A program made the translations under genes and the position numbers. The notes beneath the pieces are model-generated. The model was given only the letters and a program-made list of their open reading frames with translations. It ran no database searches and was not told the origin of the DNA. A stretch of DNA of 49,788 bases, the filler included, from Catajapyx aquilonaris (Eukaryota): NCBI GenBank assembly GCA_000934665.2. It is 2 parts of 2 records of this genome, joined end to end, with 100 filler letters (N's around TTAATTAATTAA, not from the genome) between each part and the next. Parts side by side here need not be neighbours in the genome. Positions count along the whole stretch, not along the records: positions 24,973 to 49,788 come from JYFJ02005452.1; 1 more part is not named here. One strand, given 5' to 3'. Positions 38,444 to 49,532 of this stretch are shown here, one piece after another (positions within the stretch are counted from its first letter, which is position 1; each line of letters begins with the position of its first letter).

Positions 38444-39141
38444 ATGAAGGAATCAATCACTGCTCCAGTTGTGATCCTCGCCTTCGCGGCAATTGCTACG
38501 TGGCGTCTTCCAGGTATGTACGTACAATATTATTCGGAGCGAAAGAGTCTGAAAGGTCTGACACAAGTCTGAATTATTATTATGTTGTCCAGTCGAGTGT
38601 AGGCAATGCGATGCTCCGTTCACGAGACTGGACCTGGGATGCTACTTCTTCAGCAAGGGTCAGGATACTGGAGGCTGGTGGCGAGGTCAAGAGTTCTGCG
38701 GTATGATGGGTGGAAACCTGTCCTCCCTCGAGACCCCACCGGAGATGGAACAAATCAGGCAGTACTTACTTGGCAGTGAGTTTGATTGTTGCTGGGTTAG
38801 TGAGTGGTAGGCCTACACTTCCCGTTTACGATTGTTGCTTTCCAGACAGGCCTAATGACAACTTCTACGTTGGCGGGTACGATTTGGGCCACGAAGGGGA
38901 TTGGTACTGGCTCTCAACCGGGTTACCTTCTGGATATTATAGTTGGGCTAAAGGAGAACCAAATAATCAAAAGCCAGGGGGTGAAGACTGCCTTGTGTTA
39001 AATGCTAAGATGAGATTTGACTGGACCGACGATACATGCTTTGGTAACTTCTTTTTCATTTGCGAAAAGAACATTAGGTTGGGCCCACCATTTACTAATG
39101 ACACTCTACTTCTCAAACTAATGATGGATGATCAATACTGA
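38444..39141 (+). CDS. Secreted C-type lectin F; exons 38444..38513, 38593..38775, 38846..39141; EPN/WTD
   Basis: Same structure; SWAKGEPNN..EDC..WTDDTC..FFICE plus a C-terminal tail ending DDQY. Confidence 0.9.
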
Positions 39142-39721
39142 GGTTAGCGACATATGGATCATATACGTCAGCTTTACAGCCTGTGCTGATGCATAATTTG
39201 GAAACCTTGAATTACAGAATGGTTTGAGTTAGGCATTCATATTAACAGGTTTTTACTGGTATAGAACAATAATTACAGTCCTTTGAAAAATGAGTGAAAA
39301 AGGCATCAATGCAGCTTTAAAACTTCAAATACCTCTACCTCGAGATCAATCAATTGTAACTGTGATTGTTCTGCACATGTTTTCTTATTGTGCCTGAATT
39401 ATCGAAATGAAAGTGGCACGTGGTAACAATAAAAGTTTAGATCCTCCATGTGAGTTTTTAATTTTCATCAAAGAGCTACCAAAACGGCACCTTTACGTAT
39501 CTTTGCTTTTGCCGGATTGGTGAGAACGATGCAACAATATATACAGTATACAACAAGGAGAAACGCACCATCATTTAAATCCCACACAACTAATTACTAT
39601 AGTGAGTACATATTGCATTACAAATAATCATTTTTGTCTCATACGACACAAGATCAAGTGTTTAACTCATTATAATTGCAGTCCAGGCTCTCCACAAGCT
39701 GCTCACAACTGTAACCGAATA

Positions 39722-39862
39722 TTTGATTGGGCTCCAAGTGACACAAACAATCAGAAAGTAGGAGGTGAACACAGCAGTTTGATAATGATAACAAAGATGT
39801 ACTTTCAATGAAGCGACTACTGCATCAATTTTGCGAATTTACAGATGGAAACGGTGGTTGAA
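39722..39862 (+). pseudogene. C-type lectin exon-3 relic
   Basis: FDWAPSDTNNQKVGGEHSSLIMITKMYFQ*SD (W changed to stop); its end tttgcgaatt...ggtggttga resembles the end of lectin G. Confidence 0.7.
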
Positions 39863-40227
39863 GGAGGTGTAGAAAATATGCTTTCATATATGTTACTTGT
39901 ACTTGAAGTATCGGTTGAAATCCAGAGGTAGACTGAATTTATGAACTTAATATTATTAAGCATTGGGGTAATAATTATAATGACAGCTTTTTAAAATTCT
40001 ATAGACGTATCAGAGTACAGATCGAGTCTTAAAACCTTCATTTTGCTCTGGATAATGTGTTTGGTAGGCTATCAAAACAGTGTACTGTACAGTTACTGTG
40101 GCCTTCTTATCGTAATGTCCAGGCTTATAATAGAGAGAATAAGTGATACGGATATTGCAGAGAGAGTGTGTGTGTAGACGTCATAAATCTTGGCCCAAGT
40201 CCAGTATACGGACAGGACACGTTCTGC

Positions 40228-40872
40228 ATGCGGATGTCAACCCTTCCAGTTATAGCAGTGGTATTTATTCTTGCTCAATTCTCTTCGTGGCTGCCTCAAG
40301 GTACAGGACGATTCGATACATAACGTCACTTCAGACTCGCATATTAATAACATTATGCCTTTTCGTGTTTGTTGGGCAGTGGGAGGTTTGGTATGCAGTC
40401 CGCCTTATACGAGACTTCAGTTCGGATGCTACTACTTCAGCTTCGGAAATGACAAAGCCACTTGGTATGAAGCTCGAGAGAGATGTGTCCTCATGGGTGT
40501 CAATCTGACCTCCTTCGAAACCCCGATGGAAAACGATGATATGAAGAACTACCTGTTGAACAGCAAGTTTTTTCGTATATTTTGATGGCACCTTATTACG
40601 AATGAATTAACTGTGGTTTTGCAGATAGACCCATTGACGCCTTTCTCATTGGCGGATACGACCTGGGTCACGACGGGGAATGGTACTGGATATCTACTAA
40701 TTCACCTATGAGTTATTTTGATTGGGGTCCAGGAGAACCAAACAATCCGAAAGGAGGAAGTGAAAACTGCATACTGATGAGACCCTCCATGAAGTTTAAA
40801 TGGAGCGACGACACTTGCGATAAAGTTCAGTACTACTACATTTGCGAATTCATAACAGGCCACGCTGGTTGA
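40228..40872 (+). CDS. Secreted C-type lectin G; exons 40228..40300, 40380..40562, 40625..40872; EPN/WSD; GC-AG intron 2
   Basis: Signal-like exon 1; 183-bp exon 2 as in most paralogs but followed by gcaagt; DWGPGEPNN..ENC..WSDDTC..YYICE; no stops. Confidence 0.82.
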
Positions 40873-41258
40873 AGAACCTGCAGCAAATAGGCCTGTATTT
40901 ATGCATCATATTACATCCGAATTGCAAGGAAATTGTGAAAAATAAAAGTCGCCGCGATTCTTAAACAAAACCTCCAGATTTTATTTCAAAATCCAGTATT
41001 GGTACAGCAGATTGCAGTGCTCCAAATTACTACAAAAAGTGATACACATTCATATCGACACATGACAGTACTTATATGCCTTCACATTGCGCTGCTTTAC
41101 TTTATTTGTGGGCTATCACAAAGCAATGTGTACATATCTTAATGGCCAGGCTTAATATATAGAGAGAATAATTTATGCTATAGATACGACAAAGCGTCAC
41201 CCCCAGGCGTCATCAATGATGCTTTTGGATCAAATCCAGTAGATGCCACATACACACC

Positions 41259-41631
41259 ATGAAAGCTCCTGCTCTTCCAGCAGTCATTTTCACCTTTGCA
41301 ACAATCTCCACATTGTTGCCTGAAGGTACGTGCAGCCTTTAAAAGTATACTTATAGTTGCATTATTACGAACGCTGCTAAATATGCTATGCTTTATGTCC
41401 AGTGTTGGGTGTACTATGCGCTCCACCTTTCATTAAGCTGAACCAGGGATGCTATTACTTCAGCAAAGGAACTGAGAAGGAAAATTACTTCCAATCAATT
41501 GAGAGATGTCTTGCCCTTGGTAGCAACCTGACCTCTCTCGAAACCCCAATGGAGTCCGAAGCAGTGAGGACCTTCCTGGTAAACAGTAAGCTGACTTTGG
41601 TTCATAACTAGGATTGTTTCTCTCTACAAAT

Positions 41632-41702
<71 letters not shown>

Positions 41703-41999
41703 GCAGACAAACTCGCCACCGACAATTACCTAATTGCTGGGTATGACCTGGGCCACGAAGGGGAATGGTACTGGCTATCTACTACTTCACCTATTATGTG
41801 GTTTAATTGGGCTCCAGGAGAGCCAAACAATAAGAAGGCCGAAGGAGAACACTGCCTTTTGTTATATGGCAGGTATAAATTTTTGTGGGCCGATGAAACC
41901 TGCTCGACTCTTAAATTCAACTACATTTGTGAAGTTTCTCTTAGCCAAAACTTGGGCTTCGGTATCCAATTAACGTTTGCTGATGACAATTATTACTGA
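41259..41999 (+). CDS. Secreted C-type lectin H; exons 41259..41325, 41403..41585, 41707..41999; EPN/WAD
   Basis: MKAPALPAVIFTFATISTLLPE signal-like peptide; NWAPGEPNN..EHC..WADETC..NYICE. Confidence 0.9.
41633..41702. repeat. (TAT)n microsatellite in intron 2 of lectin H
   Basis: About 23 TAT units directly before the acceptor; lectin I has a short (TATTT)n here instead. Confidence 0.9.
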
Positions 42000-43541
42000 T
42001 GACATGAACTGGCAGCAAATGTAATGTATCAGGTATTATTAGTGCAAGCAGCACTATTTAAAAATAAAAATATACGTTCGTAGACAGGTTCACTTGAGTT
42101 TTATCCCTCCTTCGCCACCAGAAATCGAGGTGAGGGATTATTCAATCTGACAGCCTCATTATCATCCACATAATTATGCGAATGTGACTAAGCGATCATT
42201 GGCATGAGTTCGTAACTTATCCTCTTTTGTTTGGACAACATGGTAGTATGTACGGTACTACATTGTACTAGTGTATTAGAGGGATCAAGCAAGAAAATGG
42301 GGGCTGAATGGGACAATTTTAGGGAAAGGAATTAATACTGCGCAGGATAATATTTTCAGTTGAGATTACATGATTGGTGACATAGTAAAATTATGGTTTT
42401 GTAATTTGCACATTTAAAATGTTTACTTTCACAAGGCCCCCAGAGAAAGTGAGAACTTATTTCAATTGTTATTACAACGGACATGTCATGTTGGTTGCAG
42501 AATGGGCCGACAATATAGTGCACAACCATCAACCCAATAAATGTCAGTTTCAGTAATGTGATGAAACAGTTCCTCTTTGGATTCAATGCCAGATGACCTT
42601 CTAGGGGTCAGGGCAATAAAAATCTGAAGAATGAAGTTTTCCATTTGAGCAGCAGATATTGGCTCGTGTAGGGCTACAGCCCATTGTGGCCCATGGGGTA
42701 TTAGTAGTAGCTATTGCTTTTGAGAGTTGATAACTACCAAAAATAATTATGCAAAAGTCACTGCATGGCATTAAGCATAATTATTGTACAAATGCCACAA
42801 AGCGTCAATGAGCTCCCTCAACGACGCAGTTGAAGTATGACTCTCATGTGACCTATTCTCATTACACTTTGCAAATGATGCATCTGATTGGTCTCTGGAC
42901 ATCACCTGCCTGATTCTGCCAAACCAACAACAACTTTGGCCTAATCCAAATCAACTTATGCAATTTAAGCGGTGTGAGGAGCTGTCATCATCAGATACTT
43001 CAAACCTTCTGTTGCCATCTGTACTATCCTGGCACACCAGACATGGAAATGGTGAGCATTACACTATACTTGCACTTTGTAGCAATGTTGGTCAGTACTA
43101 TCGTGGAAAAATGTCTCTTGATGATCAATATTTTCTGTTGCAATTATGGCTGGGATGTAGAGTACATTCTTTGAAAGTTTTACCACAGTCTGCGCCAAAC
43201 AGATGTTACTTTCCAGATATCATTTTGCCACAAAAATTGTCGAGTTTATTTTCCAAGTTTGTGCTTAGAGTCATGATCCTTTAATTGTTAGTTACGCTTC
43301 TGATGATGTTGCCAGTAATAGTCGCCTAGTGTGATGTCAGTACTATTCTAAGGCAGAATGAATAGAGGGGAGTTTTCATGAAAAAAATGGATGAGCAACT
43401 ATCAGCAAGACTATATCAGTTCATTGAGCTCATGTAATGGCATTCTGGCATGAAAATATGACAGAGTGGAAGGTTTTTTGCAAACTGTCACATTTCCATA
43501 TTGCAATGCCACTGCGTAAGTGCTCATGTCCAGGGCCGGCG

Positions 43542-43544
<3 letters not shown>

Positions 43545-43587
<43 letters not shown>

Positions 43588-43886
43588 TCAGACATTGCTA
43601 TCCTTGTGAGGATATTTTTCGCAAGTTTCCTATCCTTGTGAGGACCGAAAACCTTACGAGGACTTTTTTCAGGCCCTCATAACGTACACAGTCCTCACAA
43701 GGATGGCGGAAAATCAAACCAAGACCTCCTTTTTACTGTGAAAAAATAGGTCACCAAAATTTCGTGTGTATTTTGTAGGTTAGGTTAGGTTAGGTTAGGT
43801 TAGGTTAGTTTTAAATTTTTATTTTTGCCAGACCCTCACAAGGATAGCACTTTATAACATGGGTGTGTGTGTGTGTGTGCGTGTGT
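43545..43886. mobile_element. (TG)n-flanked non-autonomous element with subterminal inverted repeats and internal (TTAGG)n
   Basis: (TG)21 at 43545..43586; tgctatccttgtgagg at 43596 is inverted at 43834..43849; (TAGGT)6 at 43776..43805; TG run resumes at ~43863; absent from the paralogous unit. Confidence 0.75.
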
Positions 43887-44683
43887 GGCGCGAAAGAAGC
43901 ATGATGGGCCCTTTCCAAATAATATAAAAATGTCGTTTAATATTTCTTCCTTAATGGCACACGCAAGGCCACAAGCGCGCCACTTAGCGCCTTCCAATGG
44001 CTTCCAGGAGCAAAATTTATTAATGAAATTGACAATGCTCACCACATTCTCTCAGCGTTTCTGCTTCAAAAACATGTCGTCATAGAGCCAAAACGCAAAG
44101 GGCTAAGTGCTGGTTCACAGTGGGATAAAAAGGACCGGAACAGAGAAGCAAAGCAAACTTAGGAAGTCATTGTTATATTGGTCTTTTCGCATACAGAAAG
44201 TGCAGTTCAGATCATTAGGCTTCCGAAAACGTAAAAATCACACGCTGAGTCAGCATATTCAAACAGGGAAAAATTTATAATTAAAAGGTTACATCATGTT
44301 TGAGCCGCTCAGGCTTCACCTACACCGAATTGCAAGGAACATCCTAATTGCAAGGAAATTGTGAAAAGTAAAAGTCGCCGCGATTCTTAGACTAAACTTC
44401 CAGATATTATTTCAAAATCCAGTATTGGTACAGCAGATTGCAGTGCTCCAAATTACTACAAAAAGTGATACACATTCATATCGACACATGACAGTACTTA
44501 TAGCCTTCACATTGCGCTGCATTACTTTATTTGTGGGCTATCACAAAGCAATGTGTACATATCTTAATGGCCAGGCTTAATATATAGAGAGAATAATTCC
44601 TGCTATAGATACGACAAAGCGTCACCCCCAGGCGTCATCAATGATGCTTTTGGATCAAATCCAGTAGATGCCACATACACACC

Positions 44684-45377
44684 ATGAAAGCTCCTGCTCT
44701 TCCAGCAGTCATTTTCACCTTTGCAACAATCTCCACATTGTTGCCTGAAGGTACGTGCAGCCTTTAAAAGTATACTTATAGTTGCATTATTACGAACGCT
44801 GCTAAATATGTTACGTTTTGTGACCAGTGTTGGGTATACTATGCGCTCCACCTTTCCTTAAGCTGGAGCAGGGATGCTATTACTTCAGCAAAGGAAGTGA
44901 GAAGGAAACTTTCTTCCAAGCAAAGGAGAGATGTCTTGCTCTTGGTGCCAACCTGACCTCTCTCGAAAGCCCGATAGAGACCGAAACAATGAGGATATTC
45001 CTGGCTAACAGTAAGTTGACTTTGGTTAATAACATTCTAGGACTGTTTCTCTCTACAAATGGATTTATTTTATTTTATTTGCAGACAAACTCGCCACCGA
45101 CAGTTACCTAATTGGCGCGTACGACTTTGGCCACAACGAGAAGTGGTACTGGCTATCTACTACTGCACCTATTATATGGTTTAATTGGGCTCCAGGCGAG
45201 CCAAACAATAAGAAGGACGAAGGTGAACACTGCATTTTGTTAAATGGTAGGAATCAATTTTTGTGGATCGATGATACCTGTTCGACTATTGCATACAACT
45301 ACATTTGTGAAATTGGTCTTAGCCGAAGCATGGGCATAGGTATCCAATTAACGTTTGCTGATGACAATTATTACTGA
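44684..45377 (+). CDS. Secreted C-type lectin I; exons 44684..44750, 44828..45010, 45085..45377; EPN/WID
   Basis: Recent paralog of H; NWAPGEPNN..EHC..WIDDTC..NYICE; TGA at 45375..45377. Confidence 0.9.
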
Positions 45378-48300
45378 TGACATGAAATGGCAGCAAATGT
45401 AATGTATCAGGTATTATTAGTGCAAGCAGCACGATTTAAAAATAAAAATATATGTTCGTAGACAGCTTCACTTGAGTTTTATCCCTCCTTCACCACCAGA
45501 AATCAAGGTGAGGTATTATTCAATCTGACAGCCTCATTATCATCCACATATGCAAATGTGACTAAGCGATCATTGGCATGTGTTCGTAACTTATCCTCTT
45601 TTTTTGGACAACATGGTAGTATGTGTACGGTACGGTACTACATGGTACTACTAGTGTATTAGAGTCTGCCCAAGGCCAGATAAATCCCCAACATCTGCTG
45701 GAACCATTGGATCTAGAGGTTACGTCCTGAGTGGGTGGGTGGGCGTATGGGCCAATGGCAACCATTTCCAGTTGCGATGACCTGGAAGGCGGATATCCCA
45801 GTACCCAGTGCTTGTCATGACCTTCGCAACACCAGGAAATTGACGTAGCTACAGGTATGCATAATAGTCGATAATAGTGCTAATATACCAATGTTTGTGA
45901 GGCTCATTAAAGTCAACTTAACTGACAGGAGTCTGTTAATAATTTATTCTCGATATGTACTCGTACACCAATCTATGGGCCCAGTCAAAATGGGGCTAAT
46001 TTTACGATGCATGATAAGCATACCACTAATAAATGCACTCTATTTATTGTGTGGATGCTGCTGGGACAATGGATCAACATGAATACACCGAAGGGTACTC
46101 TCCCAGCACCGCAGTCATGTTGGTCTCATGGCTGGACACAGGCTGGACAAGGAAGTGGACCAGTTGAAGCTGATCAACTCCCTTGATGGATGCAACTGCA
46201 GTTAATTGATGGTGAGTTACGATGCAAAACTTTTATCTGTGATGAGTGGCACATGTAATAAGCATTGTTAATGATAAGGGTATAGGTTTATCCGAACTCA
46301 AAATTTAATCTAATTGCGCAAAAAGGAGGGGAGGGATCAAGCAAGAAAATGGGGCCTGAATGGGACAATTTTAGGCAAAGGGATTAATACTGCGCAGAAT
46401 AATCTCTCACTTGAGATGACATGATTGGTGACACGGGAAAATTAGGATTTTCGAATTTGCACATTTAAAATGTTTACTTTCACAAGGCCCCCAGAGAAAA
46501 GTGATATAACTTATTTCAATTGTTACTACAACAGACATGTCATGTTGGTTGCAGAATGGGCCGACAAAATAGTGCACAACCATCAACCCAATAAATGTCA
46601 GTTTCAGTAATGTGATGAAACAGTTCCACTTTGGATTCAAAGCCAGATGACCTTCTAGGGTCAGGGCAATAAAAATCTGAAGAATGCAGTTTTCCATTTG
46701 AGCAGCTGATATTAGCTTGTGTAGGCCTACAGCCCATTGTGGCCCATGGGGTATTAGTAGTAGCTATTGCTTTTGAGTTTTGATAACTGCTAAAAATGGG
46801 CAAAAGTCACTGCATGGCATTAAGCATACAAGTGGCACAAAGAGTCAATGAGCTCCCGCAAAGACGCAGTTGAAGTATGACTCTCATGTGACCTATTCTC
46901 ATTACACTTTGCAGATGATGCATCTGATTGTTCTCTGGACATCACCTGCCTGATTCTGCCAAACAACAACCACTTTAGCCTAATCCAAATCAACTTATGG
47001 AATCAAGCGATGCGATGTCCTGCATCATCAGATACTTGAAACCTTCTGTTGCCATCTGTACTATCCTGGCAGACCTGACATGGACATGGCATTACACTAT
47101 AATATGTACATGTACTACCTTGTAGCAATGTTGGTCAGTACTATCGTGGAAAAATGTATCTTGATGGTCAATATTTTCTGTTGCAATTATGGCTGGGAAG
47201 TAGAGTACATTCTTTGAATGTTTTACCACAGTCTGTGCCAAATAGATGTTACTTTCCAGATATCATTTTGCCACAAAAATTGTCGAGTTTATTTTCCAAG
47301 TTTGTGCTTTGACTCATGATCCTTTAATTGTTAGTTACGCTTTTGATGATGTTGCCAGTAATAGTCGCCTAGTGTGATGTCAATACTATTCTAAGGCAGA
47401 ATGAATACAGGGGAGCTTTCATGAAGAAATGGATGAGCGACTATCAGCAAGAGTGCAAGACTATCAGTTCATTGAGCGCATATGTAATGGAATTCTGGCA
47501 TGAAAATATGACAGAGTGGAAGGTTTTTTGCAAACTCACATTTCTATATTGCAATGCCACTACATAAGTGCTCATGTAACCAGGACCGGCGCTAGCGGTG
47601 TGCGACCAGTGCTACCGCACAGCGCACAGGGCTCAGATGCGTGTGGGGCGCGAAAGAAGCGCGAAGAGCACTTTTCAAATAATATAAAAATGTTGTTAAA
47701 TTTTTATTCCTTAACGGCGCACACAAAGCCACAAGGGTACCACTTGCTCAGCGCTTTGCAATGGCTTCCAGTAGACAAATTGATTAATCCAATTGACAAT
47801 GCTCACCACATTCTTTCAGCGTTTCTGCTTCAAAAACATATCGTCATAGCGCCCCCTTCCAAAAAGTAAATAAAAAGCAGTAGGAGACGTGCACCTCGCT
47901 TATCGTGTACTGCACCGGCATTTTTGGGTTGTGATGGCGTAGCTGATGTGCATCAGAAATTGTGCTTTTAAAAACGATTAACGTATTTCATTTATTTTAG
48001 CACTATAAACCGAGCAGGCGGGGCAGCGGTAGGGTGCAGATCAAATATTTTCCAGCCTAACATATGCATCCGCCATGCTATTAGGCGCAAGTGAACTCTT
48101 CAGGTCACTATATATAGAGAGAGAGGACGAGAGTCTAGCGCACATCTCAAAGACTGTCACATCGTGATGGATTAAATATGGATGTGTTGTAGCAGAAATT
48201 TTCCCTCAAGTAGATTTTTTTCAACACGTACTATTGCTTACGTCACATTAAGTGACTCGTGTAGATTAATCTATCTCTTATCACATCAAATCACAACGTA

Positions 48301-48667
48301 CACAGACATAGATACGCACATTATGATATCTAAATAACTCGAGGACAAGCATGTTAACATGAGCCAGAGACACTTGAAAATTGTTGAGATATACAGGCTT
48401 GAAAAGTCACCATTTGAATTTTCCTATATTTTGGCGAGCTGTACCTTCGCAGTTTCCGGTTCGAAAATTTAACATGTACCGGTTTCAGATGCTCTGGGAT
48501 CTTTCTCATGAGGAAGATTTTTGCATAATAGATATAACTAATTTCATAATAATTATCGACCTTTGGCCATGAAAACGGGGTCGCCCTCGTAAGCACCATA
48601 GATATTAAACTTTGACATGGGACTGAGCATGTTACCAATGGAATGTCACAAACATTTATCTGGCTAC

Positions 48668-48805
48668 ATTTTAGAGAAAAACTAACTCCATAGGCGCATT
48701 CCCCTTGTCATTTGGTATGCCGTACTATATATGTTTACTAGGTTTTACCCATTTCCACTAACCCAAAATATTATCCCAAAAAAGGCCTCATTTTCAGCCA
48801 TTTTA
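48668..48805. mobile_element. Diverged fragment related to the arms of the 21424..23364 element
   Basis: ttagag.aaaactaa.tccataggcgcatt ... aaaaaaggcctcatt.tcagccattt matches ~22620..22757. Confidence 0.6.
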
Positions 48806-49532
48806 AAAATTACATGCCATGGTATGCATCATTGATAACCGTGTTGATGGAATTATGACTAATAAGTTTGAAAATCCATTGCACTTATTGTGGTGATACA
48901 TGTTCCTCCGGGTGTGGATGTCGTCATTAACGTATGACTCGCGGTTGAGTCGAGCTGGCCCATACATTACTAATTGTCTACCCTACTCATTAGCCCACCC
49001 ACATTGTTCCGGCAGTAGTCAGTTGGGAGAGGTCCTTCTGCTCTTTCGCTCTTCGTCCGGACAACAGCTGGAATTTTCATCTAGTGCCAGACTCAAAGGT
49101 AAATAGCGACCACACTCTTACTTTGGTTGAAAATAATTGCAGGAACAATAATACGCACGCTTAAATTTTTTTTGAGAGCGAGAGTTTTGGGGGGCAGCGA
49201 ATGACGCTGATTATTTTCTTTCCTGTAATGAGTTTGGTGTTTTCTATTCTGTGAGACTTTCTCAGGGCAAGTTTACTGAAGTATGCACAAAATGTTGCAG
49301 CCTAATGTGTAAAAAATATAATATTAGTGAGTGGGGGGGGGGGGGCATAGGCGAAATGATTACTGACCGAAACCTGCTAATCCGGATGTTCCTGTGGGAT
49401 CGAGTTTAAAATCAGGCTTGATCCGGATACAGTTTCCTTTCCGAGCACTACTGAGTCAGGCAGACGACCTTCCAATTGTTCCAATTGTCGGTTCAGCTAT
49501 CATATACAAATTTTTTATCAGATCAAAGAGCC

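Larger units (their letters stand above)
40914..47852 (+). repeat. Tandem segmental duplication (~40914..44088 and ~44340..47852), each unit carrying one lectin gene
   Basis: Colinear similarity from attgcaaggaaattgtgaaaa.taaaagtcgccgcg to aaaacat.tcgtcatag.gcc in both units. Confidence 0.88.

Noticed and set aside
42356..43300. Possible decayed transposon coding sequence (duplicated at ~46400..47330)
   Set aside because: All frames are broken and I could not assign a family from motifs; it needs a translated repeat-library search.
43776..43808. True telomere or chromosome fusion site
   Set aside because: Only about six units, in one orientation, and internal to a small inserted element.
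25618..45377. Single gene with mutually exclusive exons (Dscam-like) or a diversity-generating retroelement
   Set aside because: Each intact unit has its own upstream motif, ATG, signal exon and stop. There is no template repeat or intact reverse transcriptase; the only retroelement piece is a decayed RTE endonuclease fragment.
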